From Malacoraja senta (lineage: Eukaryota), in contig CM075989.1 in assembly GCA_038087875.1 (NCBI GenBank), positions 13,456,001 to 13,520,000 of the forward strand: a stretch of 64,000 nucleotides of DNA, given 5' to 3'. The position numbers were made by a program, and so were the translations under genes. Below, piece by piece: positions 27,201 to 38,107 of the stretch. Numbering within the stretch: position 1 is the first letter of the stretch; every line of letters begins with the position of its first letter. The notes beneath the pieces are model-generated. The model saw only the letters and a list, made by a program, of their open reading frames with translations, was not told the DNA's origin and searched no databases.

Positions 27201-30200
27201 GGGGGGTGAGAACGGGCAAAAGCTACTGAGACGTGTGGCTTATCTGAGATCTCTACTGTAATCTAGTCACTAAATGTGAGAGTTGAGAGGCCATGTGTTA
27301 ACTTGGATTGTATATGCGACAGAGCACAGTCAGTGAGTCAACATTGATCGCCATGCTGGCTGCGAGAAAAGCCAAGATCGCGGAGCTGAAATCCAGTGAC
27401 CCTGGTGCGGATGATGCTGTGCTCGCCTCCCGACTTGTCGCATATGCCTCTGACCAGGTAAGCCTTCCCTCCACTACTCTTCTGATCTTTCTGCTCCCTA
27501 TTTAAACTCAGTAAAGATTCATTTCCAGATCATCAATTCCACTCGATACTACAGCAGTCTGATGTGTCATCAACAAATTTGATGCAGTTATTCCAACTTC
27601 ACTTAGAGGTAATGCTCAAATCCATAATCGCTTCCTCTTTGCTACTCATAACAACAATGGTAGGAGTGACCATTGCATATCCCTTAAAGAGACAAAAGCC
27701 ATCTTGACACCACAGACACTGCATCTTGTTCTGTGGCATTACTGTTGTGTTTGATGGGATAAACTCAGGACTGATTTGGTAGCTCAAAACGAGGCTTCCA
27801 TGAGGTCTTATGTACCATCAGCAGTGGGGAAAATTGTAGTTGCAACAATCTACAATCTCATGGCTCAGTTACCTGTGTTCTGTGAAACTGTTACCTGCGT
27901 CACATGGAGTTAAGGAGGAGCCAGGAGCAGTGCACCAGAAAATGAGGTGGATGCATGTGAAACAACTAAAGCAGCTTGCTGTAGACAGAGTGGAGCCATG
28001 TGAATCTCCATGTAATCTTCGAGGAAGACGTCACAAACCACTGCCAAAAATATGAGAGAGCCAAGACCCTGGTGGGGTGAGGGGAAACCATGTATCTGAT
28101 GGGCTTAGAGTTTCAATCATCCCTGTGCTTGCACATTTGCATCCGCTTTTCTTTAAACAAAATGTCCATATCACTGTGATCCCCTTCTGATCTACAACCC
28201 TCTGAGATCTCTACTTTAAATTTGGACTGTGTTGCTCATCCCGAATTTCATTGCAGTGCTATTGGCAGCCAAGCCTTTCACTGACTGGGCCTTTAACTCT
28301 GGAATCCCCCCTCTACCTTCTTCTTTCCTCTTTCATCAGTGTTTTGATCACCTGCTCTTATTGTCTCCTGTTCAAATTTGTTTGATAATTCCTGCTAAGA
28401 TGCACTTTGGAGTGTTTCACAGAACACAAAGCAGTGGTAAGGCTGTACTTGTATTGTGTTTAGTTTTGGTTACCCTGCCATAGGAAAGATGCCATTAAGG
28501 TGGAAATGGGGCAGAGAAGATTTATGGGGATGCTGGCAGAACTCGAGGGCTGAGCTATAATGAGAGGTTGGGCAGGCGGGACTCATTTCCTTGAAATGCA
28601 GGTGACTGAATGGTGATTTTATAAAGTTATTTAAATCATGAGAGGAATACAGAGGGTAAATGCACAGTCTTTCTCCTAGAGAAGGATAATCAAGAACTAG
28701 AGGGAACAGGTTTAATGTGAGGGGGACCTAAGGGCAACATTTTCACACATGGGTGTATAGAATGAGCTGCCAGGGGGAATAGTTAAGGCATGTATAATAA
28801 TAACAGCTAAAGAACATTTGGGTAGGTTTGGGGGGATACGAGCCAAACACGGACAAATGCAACTATCTTAGATGAAGTATCTTAGTCTGCATTCACAAGT
28901 TGGGCTGAAGGGCCTGTTTCCATGCTCTATCACTGACAGATCATGTAACTATTTTTTTGGAAGGCTCACTCTTCGATAGAGAAAGGAAGATTGATCACTT
29001 TGGTAAAACTCCGCTTACTAGAGACTGATGAAGACTTCTCTCTACGAGCTAAGGCCCTGATCCAAGCGTTGGAAGCAGATCGAAAATGTGGACTTGTTCC
29101 GTTCTTTGTAGGTTGGAAAATATTCCTGTTATTTTGTTGCTCCGTGAGATTTCTCTATTCTAAACTGTTCCAATAGGCCGCAGTAACATAATCTGCTCTG
29201 TACTCCAGTGAAGTAGTGAATTGTGACCAATATTTCCTCATGTGAAACATTGATTCTTGCTCACGGTCAAAGACAAACTAACTAAACAAATACTGCTAGT
29301 TGTCTGTGAATAAACTTCTGAAAAGACTGAGTTTGTGGAGTTGATCTGGGTGCACAGCCGAACACATCTAAACCCTGGGTGGACACAAAATGGAGAATGG
29401 AGCAGCTGGGCTTGTACACTCTGGAGTTTAGAAGGATGAGAGGGTGTCTCATTGAAACATATAAGATTGTTAAGGGCTTGGACACACTAGAGGCAGGAAA
29501 CATGTTCCTGATGTTGGGGGAGTCCAGAACCAGGGGCCACAGTTTAAGAATAAGGAGTAAGCCATTTAGAACGGAGACGAGGAAACACTTTTTCTCACAG
29601 AGAGTGGTGAGTCTGTGGAATTCTCTGCCTCAGAGGGCGGTGGAGGCAGGTTCTCTGGATGCTTTCAAGAGAGAGTTAGATAGGGCTCTTAAAAATAGCG
29701 GATTCAGGAATATGGGGAGAAGGCAAGAACTTGGAAAGAGTCGAGGGCAGAGGTAAAGGGACAGGTGTTGCATCTCCTGAAGTTGCAGGGATAAGTATCT
29801 GGGGAAGGGGTGGTTTGGGCGGGAAGGGACAAGTTGACCAGAGAGTTTCGGAGGGAACGGTCACTGTGGAAAGCAGAAAGGGGTGGAGATGGGAAGATGT
29901 GGCCAGTAGTGGGATCCCGTTGGAAGTGGCGAAAATGTTGGTGGATTATATGTGTATGTAACGGTTGATGTGGTGGAAGGTGAGGATAAGGGGGAGTCTG
30001 CATTGTTATGAATGGGGGGAGGGGGAGTAAGAGTGAAGCTGCGAGGAGACCCAAGTGAGAGCCTCATCTATAATGGAAGAGGGGAACCCCGTTTCCTAAA
30101 GAATGAGGACATCTCCGATGCCCTGGTATGGAACACCTCATCGTGGGTGCAGATGTGGCGTAGACGGAGGAATTGGGAGTAGGGGATAGAGTCTTTACAG

Positions 30201-33200
30201 GAAGCAGAGTGGGAAGAAATGTTCTCAAGATAGCTATGGGAGTCAGTGGGTTTGTAGTAGATGTCGATCAATAGTTTGTTACCTGTAGTGGAGACGGTGA
30301 GATCTAGAAACGATAGGGAAATGTCAGAGATTGTCCAAGTGGATTTGAATGTAGTTAGTGGTGAATTAGAATGGAAATTAGTGGTGAAGTTTGCAGTATG
30401 GAAATTATTGAAGTTTGTAAGATGGAAATTAGCGATGAAGTTTGCAGGTTGGAAATTAGTGACATTTGTAAGTTGGAAATTAGTGGTGAAGTTTGCATGA
30501 TGGAAATTTGCGGGATGGAAATCCCTGTTCTATGCATACACTGGCCCTATCCCCGAACTCTACCTCTGCTACATTGACGATTGCCTTGGTGCTACCTCCT
30601 GCACCCATGCCAAACTCACTGACCTCATCAACTCCTGGTGGCTCAGCACTTCAACTCCCCCTCCCATTCCCAGTCAGACCTTTCTCTCCTGGGCCTCCTC
30701 CATTGTCAGAGTGAGGCCCAGCGCAAATTAGAGGAACATATTTCATTTGGGTAGTTTACACCTCAGCGGCATGAATATTGACTTCTCTAACTTCAGATAG
30801 CCCTTGCTTTCTCTCCATCCCCTTCCCCTTCCCAGTTCTCCCACTATTCTTACTGTCTCCGCCTACATTCTATCTTTGTCCCACCCCCTCCCCTGACATC
30901 AGTCTGAAGAAGGGTCGCGACCCGAAACATCGGCCATTCCTTCTCTCCAGAGATGCTGCCTCACCCGCTGAGTTTCTCCAGTATTTTGTGTCTTCAATTG
31001 ATTTATACCAGCATCTGCAGTTCTTTCTTACACATTTTACCAACCCTGGGTGGAATTGTCTATCCATTGATAATCCAGGTTTGGAGATATTTTTAGGGGA
31101 GTCTCCAGACTTCAGCACCTTTGACTCAGAACCATGGGCCTGCACTCAAGGGTAGCTGATTTGGGGAACTTTGCCTGTAACTGTGACCAGTAGTACTCAG
31201 ACTCTCTGGCTGTCCCAGTTGTGGGTCACTGACGTGAAGTGATGAACACCTCCCACATCACTGCATCAGAATCAGTCGGTGTCCAGCGGTCCTTGTCTGA
31301 TGCCAGCCTTGCTTTGTTTTTCAGCTCTGTGCCACATTGGGAACAACTGGTGTGTGTGCCTTTGATTGCCTAAGCGAGTTTGGACCCCTCTGTGAGTTGC
31401 TGTTAGCTGAATTGGTCATAGTTTGTACATTTTTGGAAGCTTGGTTGTATTGGGATTTCATTCCTGCAGTGCAGTGACTGGAACTGTACTGAGAAAATCA
31501 TTGCCAGGATTCCCCTCAACCATCTTGTGATTCAAAGCTGCTGCTCAGCTCACACCATCCACCTGGAAGCCCAGTTGACATGATCACCAACTACAAGAGG
31601 AATGGAGGGATGCCACAAGAGAAACTGGAGTCAATTCAGTTACAGGAGGAGTGTGCAGACCATCTCCCAATCTTTACCAAGAAAACCAGAATGCCGCCTG
31701 GATCAGTGGGTATTAGCCATAATGAAAGATTGGACAAACTTGGGTTGATTTCTCTGGAATGTTTGAGGCTGAGGGGAAAGCTGATAGAAGTATTTAAAGT
31801 TATGATTGATAGGGTAGACAGAACCTTTTTTCTCTGGGTGGAATGGTCAAAGACTAGAGGGCACAGCATTGAGGTCAGGGAAAGAAAATTTAAAGGAGAT
31901 GTGCGGGGCACGTTTATTTACACAAAAAGTGGTTGGTGCTTGGAAGATGTTGCCTGGGATAGTGGTGAAGGCACATACGATAGTAATGCTTAAGAACTGT
32001 TTAGATATGCAAATGTATATGCACTGAATGGGTGGATATGAATCACGTGCAGGCAGAGAAGATTAGTCTAACTTGGCATCTTGTTCGGCACAGATATTGT
32101 GAGCCGAAGGGCCTGTTCCTTTGCTGTACAGATTTAAGTTCTATGATGGACACAAAAAGCTGGAATAACTCAGCGGGACAGCCAGCATCACTGGTGCGAA
32201 GGAATGGGTGACGTTTTTGGTCGAGACCCTTCTTCAGACTGGTTCGGGATAAGGGAAACGGTGATGTGGAGAGATAAACAACAACGAATGAAAGATATGC
32301 AAAAAAAGTAACGATGATAAAGGAAACAGGCCATTGTAAGCTGTTAGTAGGGTGAAAATGAGAAGCTAGTGCAACTTTGGTGGGGGAGGGATAGAGAGAG
32401 AGGAAATGCCGGGGCTACCTGAAGTGAGAGAAATCAATATACCACTGGGCTGTAAGCTGCCCAAGTGAAATATGAGACGCTGTTCCTCCAATTTGCGTTG
32501 AGCCTCACTCTGACAATGGAGGACACCGAGGACAGAAAGGTCTGAGTAGGAATGGGAAGAAGAATTAAAGTGTCCAGCAACCCGGAGATCAGGTTGGTTC
32601 ATGCGGGCTAAGCAAAGGTCTTTCGTCCAGTCTGTTTGGTCTCGCCGATGTATAAGAGTCCACATCTTGAACATCTATGAACTCTGCAACCACCCGTCTC
32701 ATCAGGCACTTCCTGCCCCACCGATGGTAGAGTCTACACATCTCACATTGGCCTCCTCAGCCACCACTGAAGTGAGTGGAATCAGATCATCATAGAACCA
32801 GAGAGACTGCCCAGTGAAACAGTGCTGTGGCCAAACTAGTGTGTTACATGGTTCTAGCATAATCTCGGCGATTTTCTATTCCTGGCCTATAAAACACACA
32901 GCTCAAATGTCTGTTTAACCATTTTTTCTGTCAGCTGCCTTTGGGGACTAGTGCAGACGGAATCCAAGTTCTCTCTGCTCCTGAATACCTTCTAGCTGAA
33001 TTAAATCAGGATTCAAGAGTGTTTTATTGTCCTACTAGACCAAGTGGGACCTGTGGGGTCCCTGTCACACGGGAGGCCTGGTCCCCCAACGCAACCCGTT
33101 CCCCAAGACAATATTCTCTCTCTCTATCTCTTTCTATGTCTCTTGGCCTAGCCCCTCCCCCCAACACACTGCCATTGTGACGCCTGCAACTGTAAGAAAC

Positions 33201-33700
33201 CTCTCATAGCACAGTAACAGTTATTCTGAAAATTTGGCCTTTTGAAACGTTTAAATATCAATAACGTGAAATACAACTTCAAATCTGAAGGAAACTTGAT
33301 AGGAACGACCACGGGACAAAGGTGCATAAGGTGATGCAAAAATGTAGGCGCTATCGTGTCCTGTTTTGGCGTAGGTCCCCCCTTTATTCACAAATCTTGA
33401 GTTTTTAAGTTTAAAAATGTAACATTTCTTGTAAAATATAGCCTCAAATGTGAAGAAACTTGATACGAACGACCATGGAAATAAGCTGAGTAAGATTCTG
33501 TAAAAAATGTAGCGCTATTGTGTACCGTTTTGGCGTAGTTCCTTGATCTCACAGACAGACAAACAAACAAGACGAGACTTTTAATAGTACATAGATGTCC
33601 TGAAATGGAACAATGAAATAATGAAATTCTTACTTGCAGCAGCACAACTGAAATGTAAACATAGTACTCTGTAAATACCATAGTAAACAACAAAAACAAA

Positions 33701-33742
<42 letters not shown>

Positions 33743-36700
33743 AAACAAATAGTGCAAAGACAAAAACAATGCCCCCAAGTCTATGTAGTTTGAAAATTAT
33801 TTTGCAGTTGTGTTTAATAGGCGGATGGTTGTTGGGAAGAAGCTGCTCCTGAACTTGGACATTACAGTTTTCAGGCTCCGATACCTTCTTCCCGATGGCA
33901 GCAGTGAAATGAGAGTGTCCTGGTTTATGGAAGGACAGTTATACCAGAATGCTTCTCTCCCTCTGTTGGGATGGGTAGTACATGCATAGGATACGTTTAG
34001 AGGGATATGGGCCAAACGCAGGCAGCTGGAACTAGTACAGATGGGGCATGTTGGTCGGTGTGGGCAAGTCGGACTGAAGGGGTTGTTTCCACGCTGTGTG
34101 ACTCTGACTCTGGTCCCCAGGCGCCCGGGAGGGGATCTGGCTTCACGTGGATGCTGCGTACGCGGGGTCCGCCTTCTTGTGCCCCGAGTTCCGCACACAC
34201 CTGCGGGGCGTGGAGTGGGCCGACTCCTTCACCTTTAATCCTGCCAAGTGGATGATGGTTCACTTCGACTGCGCGGCCTTCTGGTGAGGCCATCACCCCG
34301 CAAGTGACCCTTCGGCCTCTCGACCACTCTGCTGATCAGCCTGCTCCCCGCCCGTCCCCGCATCGCAAAGTCCCTCCACTTCAGCTCTTCATACGTCCGG
34401 CAATGGGCACTGTTCTCCGGAGCAGAGAACCGCCGACCCCACCAACACCACCACTACACCATGCTCCCCGCCCGTCCCCGCATCACCACCCGGCCAATCC
34501 ATCCCCGTCGCCTCCCCCTAGCTGCCATCCCCGGCCACTCCCCCGTCGCTGCTATCCCAATGCGGTCTCTCCCTCCGCTGCTATCCACCTGCGTCCATTC
34601 CACCCCCTCCCACCGTTGCTATCCCAAGACTCCTCTGTTCCACAGGGTCAAAGACAAGTGGAAACTGCAGCAGACTTTCGGGGTGAACGCCGTGTACCTC
34701 CAGCACCCCAATTCGGGAGCGACCGTGGACTTCATGGTGAGACTGGTGGGTGAGCGAGGGTGGGGGGCCCGGGACCGCGGGCGGGGCTGTTGTCTGCGTT
34801 GCTGTATCTTCTGCAACCAGCGGGTCCAAGGCTTCCGATTTCTCAATGGCGCTGGGACCGGGCGCCCACTGTATTCCCGGGACTTGGGACCCATCACCCA
34901 TGGTATTCCCGGGACAGTGGAACAAGGTGCCCGCGGTATTCCCAGCTAAACAGATTTGCTTTGCGCGCCGTGGTTTGTGTGAGCCCCGCCTTGTCTGAAA
35001 GCTCCTCTTATTCCCACAGAACTGGCAAATCCCGCTGAGCCGCCGATTCCGATCGCTGAAACTCTGGTTTGTGATCCGCTCGTTCGGGGTGCTCGGGCTA
35101 CAGGCACACGTCAGGCATGTGAGTGTTGGCGGATCCCCAGCAAACCCGCCGCTGTTTAGGGGAGGCGCGGGTCCGCGCTCCCACGACCCGACCCTTGTTC
35201 AACCCGCTGCCCCAGTCAACAGCGCCGTTAGGCGTTTCTGCTTCCGGCTCTCGAACAAACACGAGCCTTGTTTATCCAATATCTATTTCTGAAAGACTTT
35301 GTGATTAAGGGTTGTGGGATGATTGGGCATTAGTGACAGACGCCCTTTCATCTGTAGGAAGAAACTGCAGATGCTGGTTTAAACCGAAGATAGACAGTAA
35401 ATGCTGGAGTAACTCAGCGGGACAGGCAGCATCTCTAAAGAAAATGAATGGGTGACATTTCGGGTCGAGGCCCTTCTAATCAATCAGTCTGAAGAAGGGT
35501 CTCGACCAGAAACGTCAGTCATTCCTTCTCTCCAGAGATGCTGCCTGTCCCGCTGAGTTACTCCAGCATTTTGGGTCTCCTTCTCCACAGTGAATGAAGG
35601 AAAGGCGCAGAGAGGGGAGCTGGAGCACAACTCTTTTCTTGTCTTCGCAGTTAATATTTTAGAGCTTACATTGGTGGCTCTCTGAACCTGGGAGCTGGGC
35701 TTGGACGCATTCAGTGGCAATCCGAAGGAATGCTTTAAAGTGCCAGAGAATTCAAATCTCTGACTGTTTAACGTTTCCAGGGTTCTTGCACCTTTCAGGA
35801 AGAGAATATATTTTCGCCTCCAAGTGAGAGTTGGTTCTCGTCTTGGTCTTTTACTTTCCTGCAATCCGTTCTAATTCCCACTGACTATTGGAAGATGTAG
35901 TATAACCATAGAAAAGTATCCAGTAGAACGTAGAAATTAGAGATGGACCAGTGATGGTCTTCAAGGCCCCTGTCCATCCAGTGGTACAGACTAAGACCCA
36001 CATTAAAGCAAACATGCTGCCTCATTATTGCTTCCCACACGAAATCCAAGGCAATTTGGATCTGTTAATGCAGCCTTTCAGGAATACCATCCAGTCACTT
36101 ACCCATGGTGTCTGTCAATAAGACTAGCCCCTAACGTGTAAAACTTCCAATAACCTGCCCATCCACTTTCCTCAAAGTCCCATTGCCTTCCTTTGCCCCT
36201 CCACATAAATTTTTGTCTTGCTGAATTTTAACGGATCAACAGCACTAACAGACGAATCTTCTCGATGAACAGGGTACAGAGATGGCAAAGTACTTCGAGT
36301 CCTTGGTTAGAAGTGATTCACGTTTTGAAATCCCAGCCAAGAGACACCTTGGGTTGGTGACTTTTCGTTTAGAGGTGAGGAAATTTATTACATATTAGTG
36401 AAAACCATTCAATGATGCGTCACTGCCTCTTGTATCTATGGTCATCAGCTGCAGCCTACTTTAGAGGTATTGTAGTATCAGTTGCTCACTGCAGGATACA
36501 ATGCCAGACCTGCCCTGTGGTCGTGGGATTTACATGGCTGGTCCAGTTGAATTTCTAATCAGCTCACTTTCTACATCAATGCATCTAAGAGTCCTTCCAT
36601 TTATTGTATACTTTCCTCTTACATCTGACCTCCAAAAGTGCAACACTTCACACTTGTTTAGATTAAACTCTATCTGCCACCTCTCTGCCCATATGGCCTT

Positions 36701-38107
36701 GGTAAACAGAAAGTGATTCAAAGATTCTGTTGGAGCATCCCAGAACAATTTCAAGATTTTCACACACCACTGGGAACAAGCATTGGGTCATCCTGTTGGT
36801 ATATCCGCATAAAACATGTTGCTCCTTCGTACAAGGAAGGTAGAATGGAGGAAGCAAAGAGGAAAAGAGAATATCAAAATCAAGAACTAGTGTTGCTACG
36901 GATGCTACAACATCCTTATCCATCTGTTAAGGGATATGGAGAGAAGGCAGGAACGGGGTACTGATTGTGGCTGATCAGCCATGATCACATTGAATGGCGG
37001 TACTGACTCGAAGGGCCGAATGGCCTACTCCTGCACCTATTGTCACTGTGAACTGAACCTTTGAGCCTATTTGATCTATATCCCAATTTGATCTATATCC
37101 TGCTGCATCCTGACAATCTTCCTCACTATCCACAACTCCAATTTTTATGTCGTCTACAGACATACTAATCAGCCAATACTATATTTTTATCCACGTGCAT
37201 CTTACTGCACCTTTTCTAGCTTTATGACTTCCTTCCTATAACTGCACACAATATGCCATGTTGTCTCACCAACATCTTATATAGCTACTAGACTAAATGG
37301 GACCTGTTGGGTCCCAGTCACAGGGGAGGCCTGGTACCCCAACGCAACCCGTTCCCCAATGCAATATTCCACCACTCACGCCTATCACCTCCCATCAAAT
37401 ACACCCCTCCCTGCACTTGTTTCCCAATGTCTCCCTTTTCAATAACACTTTCCAATTCCTTACCATTTATTGTAAAGTTCTGCCCTGGTTTAATTTACCA
37501 AAATGCATCACCTCACACTTGTTCAAATTAAGTTCCAGATGGTGAGAGCTGTGTCCTCATTATTGCACGGCAGGGGTGGTATGTGTTAAGTGTAGCTTTG
37601 TGTGCTAAATGGGATCAGTTCCAAGCACCACTGAGTCCAATCTGCTGGGTTTGCTCGTCAGTTAAAAAATAATGCTGCTAATTAAATGAGTGGTAGAGAG
37701 TTGCTACAGAGAGCTATCAGTGGACACCATTCTCCTTGCTTGTGGGTTTGGGAATTGTCACACAGAAGGAGATGGCTTGCGACCCAGTGAAATTGCAAAG
37801 TGAGCCGAGTAGATACGTCCCCACATATCGAAGTTGAATGTGACGTTTTCTGCATTGATTGCCGAGATAATCGACAACCATTAATATTTGTTTGTATATA
37901 CAGGGAACAAACAGTCTGACTGAAGAACTCCTGCAAGAACTCATCCAATCGGGCACCATGTACTTAGGCCCAGCCACCATCAACAAGCTCTTTATCATCC
38001 GCTTTACCGTCACTTCTCAATACACCACCAGCGGAGACATTCTGCGGGATTGGAATATCATCCAGCAAAGTGCAGACAAAGTCCTAACAAGAAGTCCCCA
38101 ACATTAG
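18260..38107 (+). CDS. HDC: Histidine decarboxylase (group II PLP-dependent decarboxylase), complete 12-exon CDS, 1443 nt = 480 aa + stop
   Basis: join(18260..18287,23844..24016,24968..25081,25551..25673,27323..27457,28964..29107,31325..31391,34121..34283,34646..34736,35020..35118,36273..36374,37904..38107). All introns are GT-AG and the frame is open throughout. Motifs: [31 protein letters not shown] (PLP Lys), [10 protein letters not shown] (HDC-type Ser, where DDC has Gly). Syntenic with GABPB1 and SLC27A2. Confidence 0.96.
18620..18840 (-). mobile_element. V-SINE copy in HDC intron 1
   Basis: Reverse complement of ggcacggtggcgca...cagcgccagagacccgggttcgatccc. Confidence 0.75.
19501..20847 (-). 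mobile_element. Rex1/Babar LINE, 5'-truncated, RT nearly intact with one in-frame stop
   Basis: [38 protein letters not shown], stop then [24 protein letters not shown]; (TTAC)n tail. A short 3' copy also lies at ~2936..3020. Confidence 0.9.
20955..22912 (+). mobile_element. CR1 LINE, degenerate
   Basis: [42 protein letters not shown]; multiple frameshifts and stops. Confidence 0.9.
23844..24016 (+). CDS. HDC: HDC exon 2
   Basis: ccccag acceptor; [28 protein letters not shown]...[11 protein letters not shown] donor at 24017; 173 nt. Confidence 0.95.
24090..24510. repeat. C-rich degenerate minisatellite (CCCCAGCA/CCCCAC units) in HDC intron 2
   Basis: Direct inspection; source of spurious Pro-rich and Gly-rich ORFs. 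Confidence 0.9.
24968..25081 (+). CDS. HDC: HDC exon 3
   Basis: ctgcag acceptor; [44 protein letters not shown] donor; 114 nt. Confidence 0.96.
25551..25673 (+). CDS. HDC: HDC exon 4
   Basis: ttgcag acceptor; [43 protein letters not shown] donor; 123 nt. Confidence 0.96.
27323..27457 (+). CDS. HDC: HDC exon 5
   Basis: [19 protein letters not shown]...[16 protein letters not shown] donor; 135 nt. Confidence 0.95.
28964..29107 (+). CDS. HDC: HDC exon 6
   Basis: [48 protein letters not shown]; aag acceptor and GTAGGT donor; 144 nt. Confidence 0.94.
29393..29728 (+). mobile_element. CR1 3' fragment inserted into a Penelope element
   Basis: [16 protein letters not shown]...[14 protein letters not shown]; absent from the duplicated copy at 61724..62140. 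Confidence 0.85.
29729..31032. mobile_element. Rearranged Penelope-like element (minus-strand RT/GIY-YIG part plus an inverted plus-strand part)
   Basis: Minus: [38 protein letters not shown]. Plus 30540..30632: [13 protein letters not shown], followed by the 3' terminal repeat. Confidence 0.85.
30352..30524. repeat. Minisatellite of alternating 27/24-bp units (tggaaattag...aagtttgc) inside the Penelope RT
   Basis: About seven tggaaat-anchored units; inverted copy at ~60928..61100. Confidence 0.85.
31325..31391 (+). CDS. HDC: HDC exon 7
   Basis: tttcag acceptor; [28 protein letters not shown] donor; 67 nt. Confidence 0.95.
32146..32675 (-). mobile_element. Penelope 3' fragment (GIY-YIG end plus terminal repeat)
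   Basis: VAGHFNS...[19 protein letters not shown] on minus, followed by the terminal-repeat motif. Confidence 0.8.
33035..33595 (-). mobile_element. Non-autonomous Helitron in HDC intron 7
   Basis: Minus strand begins TCTATGTACTATTAAAAG and ends gggaccccacaggtccc hairpin + CTAG; inserted between A and T without TSD inside a Rex1-like tail. Confidence 0.8.
34121..34283 (+). CDS. HDC: HDC exon 8 (PLP-binding lysine)
   Basis: [24 protein letters not shown]...[20 protein letters not shown]; Lys codon AAG at 34246-34248; 163 nt. Confidence 0.96.
34646..34736 (+). CDS. HDC: HDC exon 9 (catalytic loop Tyr)
   Basis: [30 protein letters not shown]; Tyr codon 34695-34697; 91 nt. Confidence 0.95.
35020..35118 (+). 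CDS. HDC: HDC exon 10
   Basis: [39 protein letters not shown] donor; 99 nt. Confidence 0.96.
35355..35578. mobile_element. Palindromic Penelope-derived mini-element
   Basis: Inverted arms atgctggagtaactcagcgggacaggcagcatct / agatgctgcctgtcccgctgagttactccagcat. Confidence 0.8.
36273..36374 (+). CDS. HDC: HDC exon 11
   Basis: [40 protein letters not shown] donor; 102 nt. Confidence 0.95.
37288..37405 (-). mobile_element. Helitron 3'-end fragment
   Basis: ctag-actaaat-gggacctgttgggtccc, same terminus family as 33035 and 54015. Confidence 0.7.
37904..38107 (+). CDS. HDC: HDC exon 12, coding part ending at TAG
   Basis: tacag acceptor; [67 protein letters not shown] then TAG at 38105-38107. Confidence 0.93.
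   Translation, partial: GTNSLTEELLQELIQSGTMYLGPATINKLFIIRFTVTSQYTTSGDILRDWNIIQQSADKVLTRSPQH

Noticed and set aside
30352..30524. CRISPR-like spaced repeats
   Set aside because: Units are contiguous degenerate tandem copies with no unique spacers, the context is eukaryotic and there are no cas genes.
18260..38107. Identification as DOPA decarboxylase (DDC) because of the 480-aa length
   Set aside because: PLSRRFR serine, [16 protein letters not shown], the 12-exon structure and GABPB1/SLC27A2 synteny all indicate HDC.
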